From contig JAESQG010000001.1 in assembly GCA_016765265.1 (NCBI GenBank), forward strand, positions 1 to 51,351: DNA of 51,351 nucleotides, given 5' to 3'. The notes under the pieces were generated by a model, which was given only the letters and a program-made list of their open reading frames with translations, did no database searches and was not told where the DNA came from. Shown piece after piece: positions 50,096 through 51,351 of the stretch. The stretch comes from Pseudomonadales bacterium (GTDB taxonomy: Bacteria; Pseudomonadota; Gammaproteobacteria; Pseudomonadales; DC-out160). Both the position numbers and the translations under genes were made by a program. Numbering within the stretch: the first letter of the stretch is position 1; each line of letters opens with the position of its first letter.

Positions 50096-50833
50096 ATGAA
50101 AACAACAATCACCTTGCCGAATACCCTTTCGCATTGCATAAGCCGCGAGAATGGCCGATATGCGATTGAGGGATTGAATCTCATCATCAAAGACGGGAAG
50201 GGATCGGTAGCCGCCACAAACGGGCGGATTTTGTGTGTCCGTGATATCGGCGAGATCGACGGCGAAAACTCGCACGCGATCATTGCCTCCGATACGATCG
50301 GCAAGAACCCCACCAAAAACGCCAAATACTACCAAATCAGTATCGACGGCGACACGGTAGGCGGATTCGTAAAAACTGGACAAACCGTATCGAAACAAAT
50401 GATCGGTAAGGATCACAAGCCCAAAGACGGCGACCTCGGGCAGACTTCTAGATTCGTCGAAGGATCATTTCCACCTGTAAGCGATATTCACCCGTCCGAT
50501 ACCGAATACCAAGCCTTTTGCGTAAACCCCAACCTTCTCAACGCTCTAGCCCAAGCCGTACAAGGAGAACCGTACGAATCGCAGGGCGTTGTGCTGCTTG
50601 TGCCGATCAATCCTGACGACACCCGAGCAATCAATCTTGACACCGAACTGGGCAGCGACAAGGATCGTGGGCTTTACACCCGAGCCCAAACCCCAAAACC
50701 CGCGTTTATGGTCGGCACCGATAAGAAGTGCGCGGGTGCCATCATGCCAATCAGTCCAGCGGACGAATCACACGGGCACGGATACGCATCAATCGCCCGA
50801 AATCTGATCCTGAACCACACCCCCGCCAGGTGA
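50096..50833 (+). CDS. DNA polymerase III beta-clamp-like protein, two-domain size
   Basis: GAGGATCTGAT precedes the ATG. By-eye matches to DnaN domains II-III: RYAIEGLNLIIKDGKGSVAATNGRILCV versus RYYLNGMLFE...LRTVATDGHRLAV; SRFVEGSFPPVSDIHP versus SKLVDGRFPDYRRVLP; C-terminal AGAIMPI versus YVVMPM. Confidence 0.5.
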   Translation: MKTTITLPNTLSHCISRENGRYAIEGLNLIIKDGKGSVAATNGRILCVRDIGEIDGENSHAIIASDTIGKNPTKNAKYYQISIDGDTVGGFVKTGQTVSKQMIGKDHKPKDGDLGQTSRFVEGSFPPVSDIHPSDTEYQAFCVNPNLLNALAQAVQGEPYESQGVVLLVPINPDDTRAINLDTELGSDKDRGLYTRAQTPKPAFMVGTDKKCAGAIMPISPADESHGHGYASIARNLILNHTPAR

Positions 50834-50923
50834 ACCCAAAGCCCCCATTCTGGCAGCGAAAGCCGCCCGGATGGTTTCACCCCGCCAATCAAGGATGGGG
50901 TTTCTCAAACGAAAGGATAGAAT

Positions 50924-51259
50924 ATGATCCGTGGACTTCTCAAAGAAATCATTGCCGAAGAACTTGGCGCAACGCTTTCAAAATCGAATAAACCAGAATC
51001 AAACTCCCAATTTTCCGGACGAATGATCGTGGTCCTCGACAAGGGGTTTATCTACTTCGGAGATATCGAAATCGTCGGCGATACAATCGTTGGGCGAAAC
51101 GGCGGGAATATCCGGTACTACTCTGAACCGGACGGTGGACTTGCACGCCTCACCTCGCATCAGCCTTCGGAAAAAACAAAGATTGATCCATGCAAAAAAT
51201 GGGTAGCCCCATTCAATCTTGTAAAAAACGCGATTGATATTCAAGAAGGGGGAATCTAA
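50924..51259 (+). CDS. Hypothetical protein
   Basis: AAAGGATAGAAT precedes the ATG. 111 aa. The stop overlaps the next start (TAATG). Confidence 0.5.
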   Translation: MIRGLLKEIIAEELGATLSKSNKPESNSQFSGRMIVVLDKGFIYFGDIEIVGDTIVGRNGGNIRYYSEPDGGLARLTSHQPSEKTKIDPCKKWVAPFNLVKNAIDIQEGGI

Positions 51260-51351
51260 TGCCACTAGCTGATATTCCAAAGACCAGGTGCGGGCACGGG
51301 GACGGGTACGGGTACGGGACGGGGACGGGGACCGGGTACGGGGACGGGTAC
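51259..51351 (+). CDS. 5' part of the Gly/Tyr/Asp-rich repeat microprotein (continues at nt 1)
   Basis: The ATG overlaps the previous TAA. Reads MPLADIPKTRCGHGDGYGYGTGTGTGYGDGY with no stop before the window end (exactly 31 codons). Confidence 0.5.
   Translation, partial: MPLADIPKTRCGHGDGYGYGTGTGTGYGDGY
51292..51351. repeat. GGN-NNN hexanucleotide-phased repeat, the same family as 1-96
   Basis: gggcacggggacgggtacgggtacgggacggggacggggaccgggtacggggacgggtac. Confidence 0.9.

Noticed and set aside
1-51351. Diversity-generating retroelement, retron, or any RT-based system linked to the repeats; also direct terminal repeats
   Set aside because: No ORF shows reverse-transcriptase motifs (YxDD), and no template/variable repeat pair was seen. 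The first and last 60 nt are related microsatellite sequence but not identical copies, so this is not a terminal-repeat duplication.

Overview
The window reads as one essentially complete tailed-dsDNA-phage genome of 51,351 bp that is circularly closed or circularly permuted. An ORF starting at 51259 runs off the right end exactly in phase with an ORF fragment ending at 129, and both ends lie in the same Gly/Tyr-codon repeat.

Plus-strand block (48811, across the ends, to 31491):
- small early genes and a two-domain beta-clamp-like gene;
- a repeat-rich accessory cassette: a GY-repeat microprotein, an entericidin-like lipoprotein, and a protein carrying a 20 x 15-bp pentapeptide-coding array;
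- an HTH gene and a short serine recombinase;
- then large terminase, GroES-like gene, portal, scaffold, capsid and about 12 virion/tail genes;
- two very large internal-protein-like ORFs (544 and 1637 aa), lipoprotein/membrane genes, and beta-helix and esterase-like spike genes.
No tape measure, tube or sheath is recognisable, so the layout looks podovirus-like; this is inference.

Minus-strand block (48342 down to 31873) is densely packed and largely translationally coupled through ATGA/TAATG overlaps. It carries two tRNAs, a full-length type-2 TyrRS, YqaJ exonuclease plus ERF annealase, a ParB-like protein, an SF2 helicase, RusA, a DPPY DNA methyltransferase, several duplicated small genes, a truncated HisRS-like class II core and SSB. 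No DNA polymerase, primase, RNA polymerase, reverse transcriptase or CRISPR was seen.

The most unusual content:
- the translation-directed set: TyrRS, a 220-aa HisRS/HisZ-like core lacking an anticodon-binding domain, an initiator-type tRNA(CAU), and a tRNA-like gene with an aberrant anticodon arm;
- the two in-frame microsatellite-like coding arrays flanking the entericidin-like gene;
- a roughly 31-nt motif present three times;
- conserved gene-boundary cassettes with segmental duplications.

All calls rest on reading the sequence and the ORF translations by eye. No database, HMM, tRNA-scan or folding run was possible. Start codons are approximate, and most structural roles are positional inferences.
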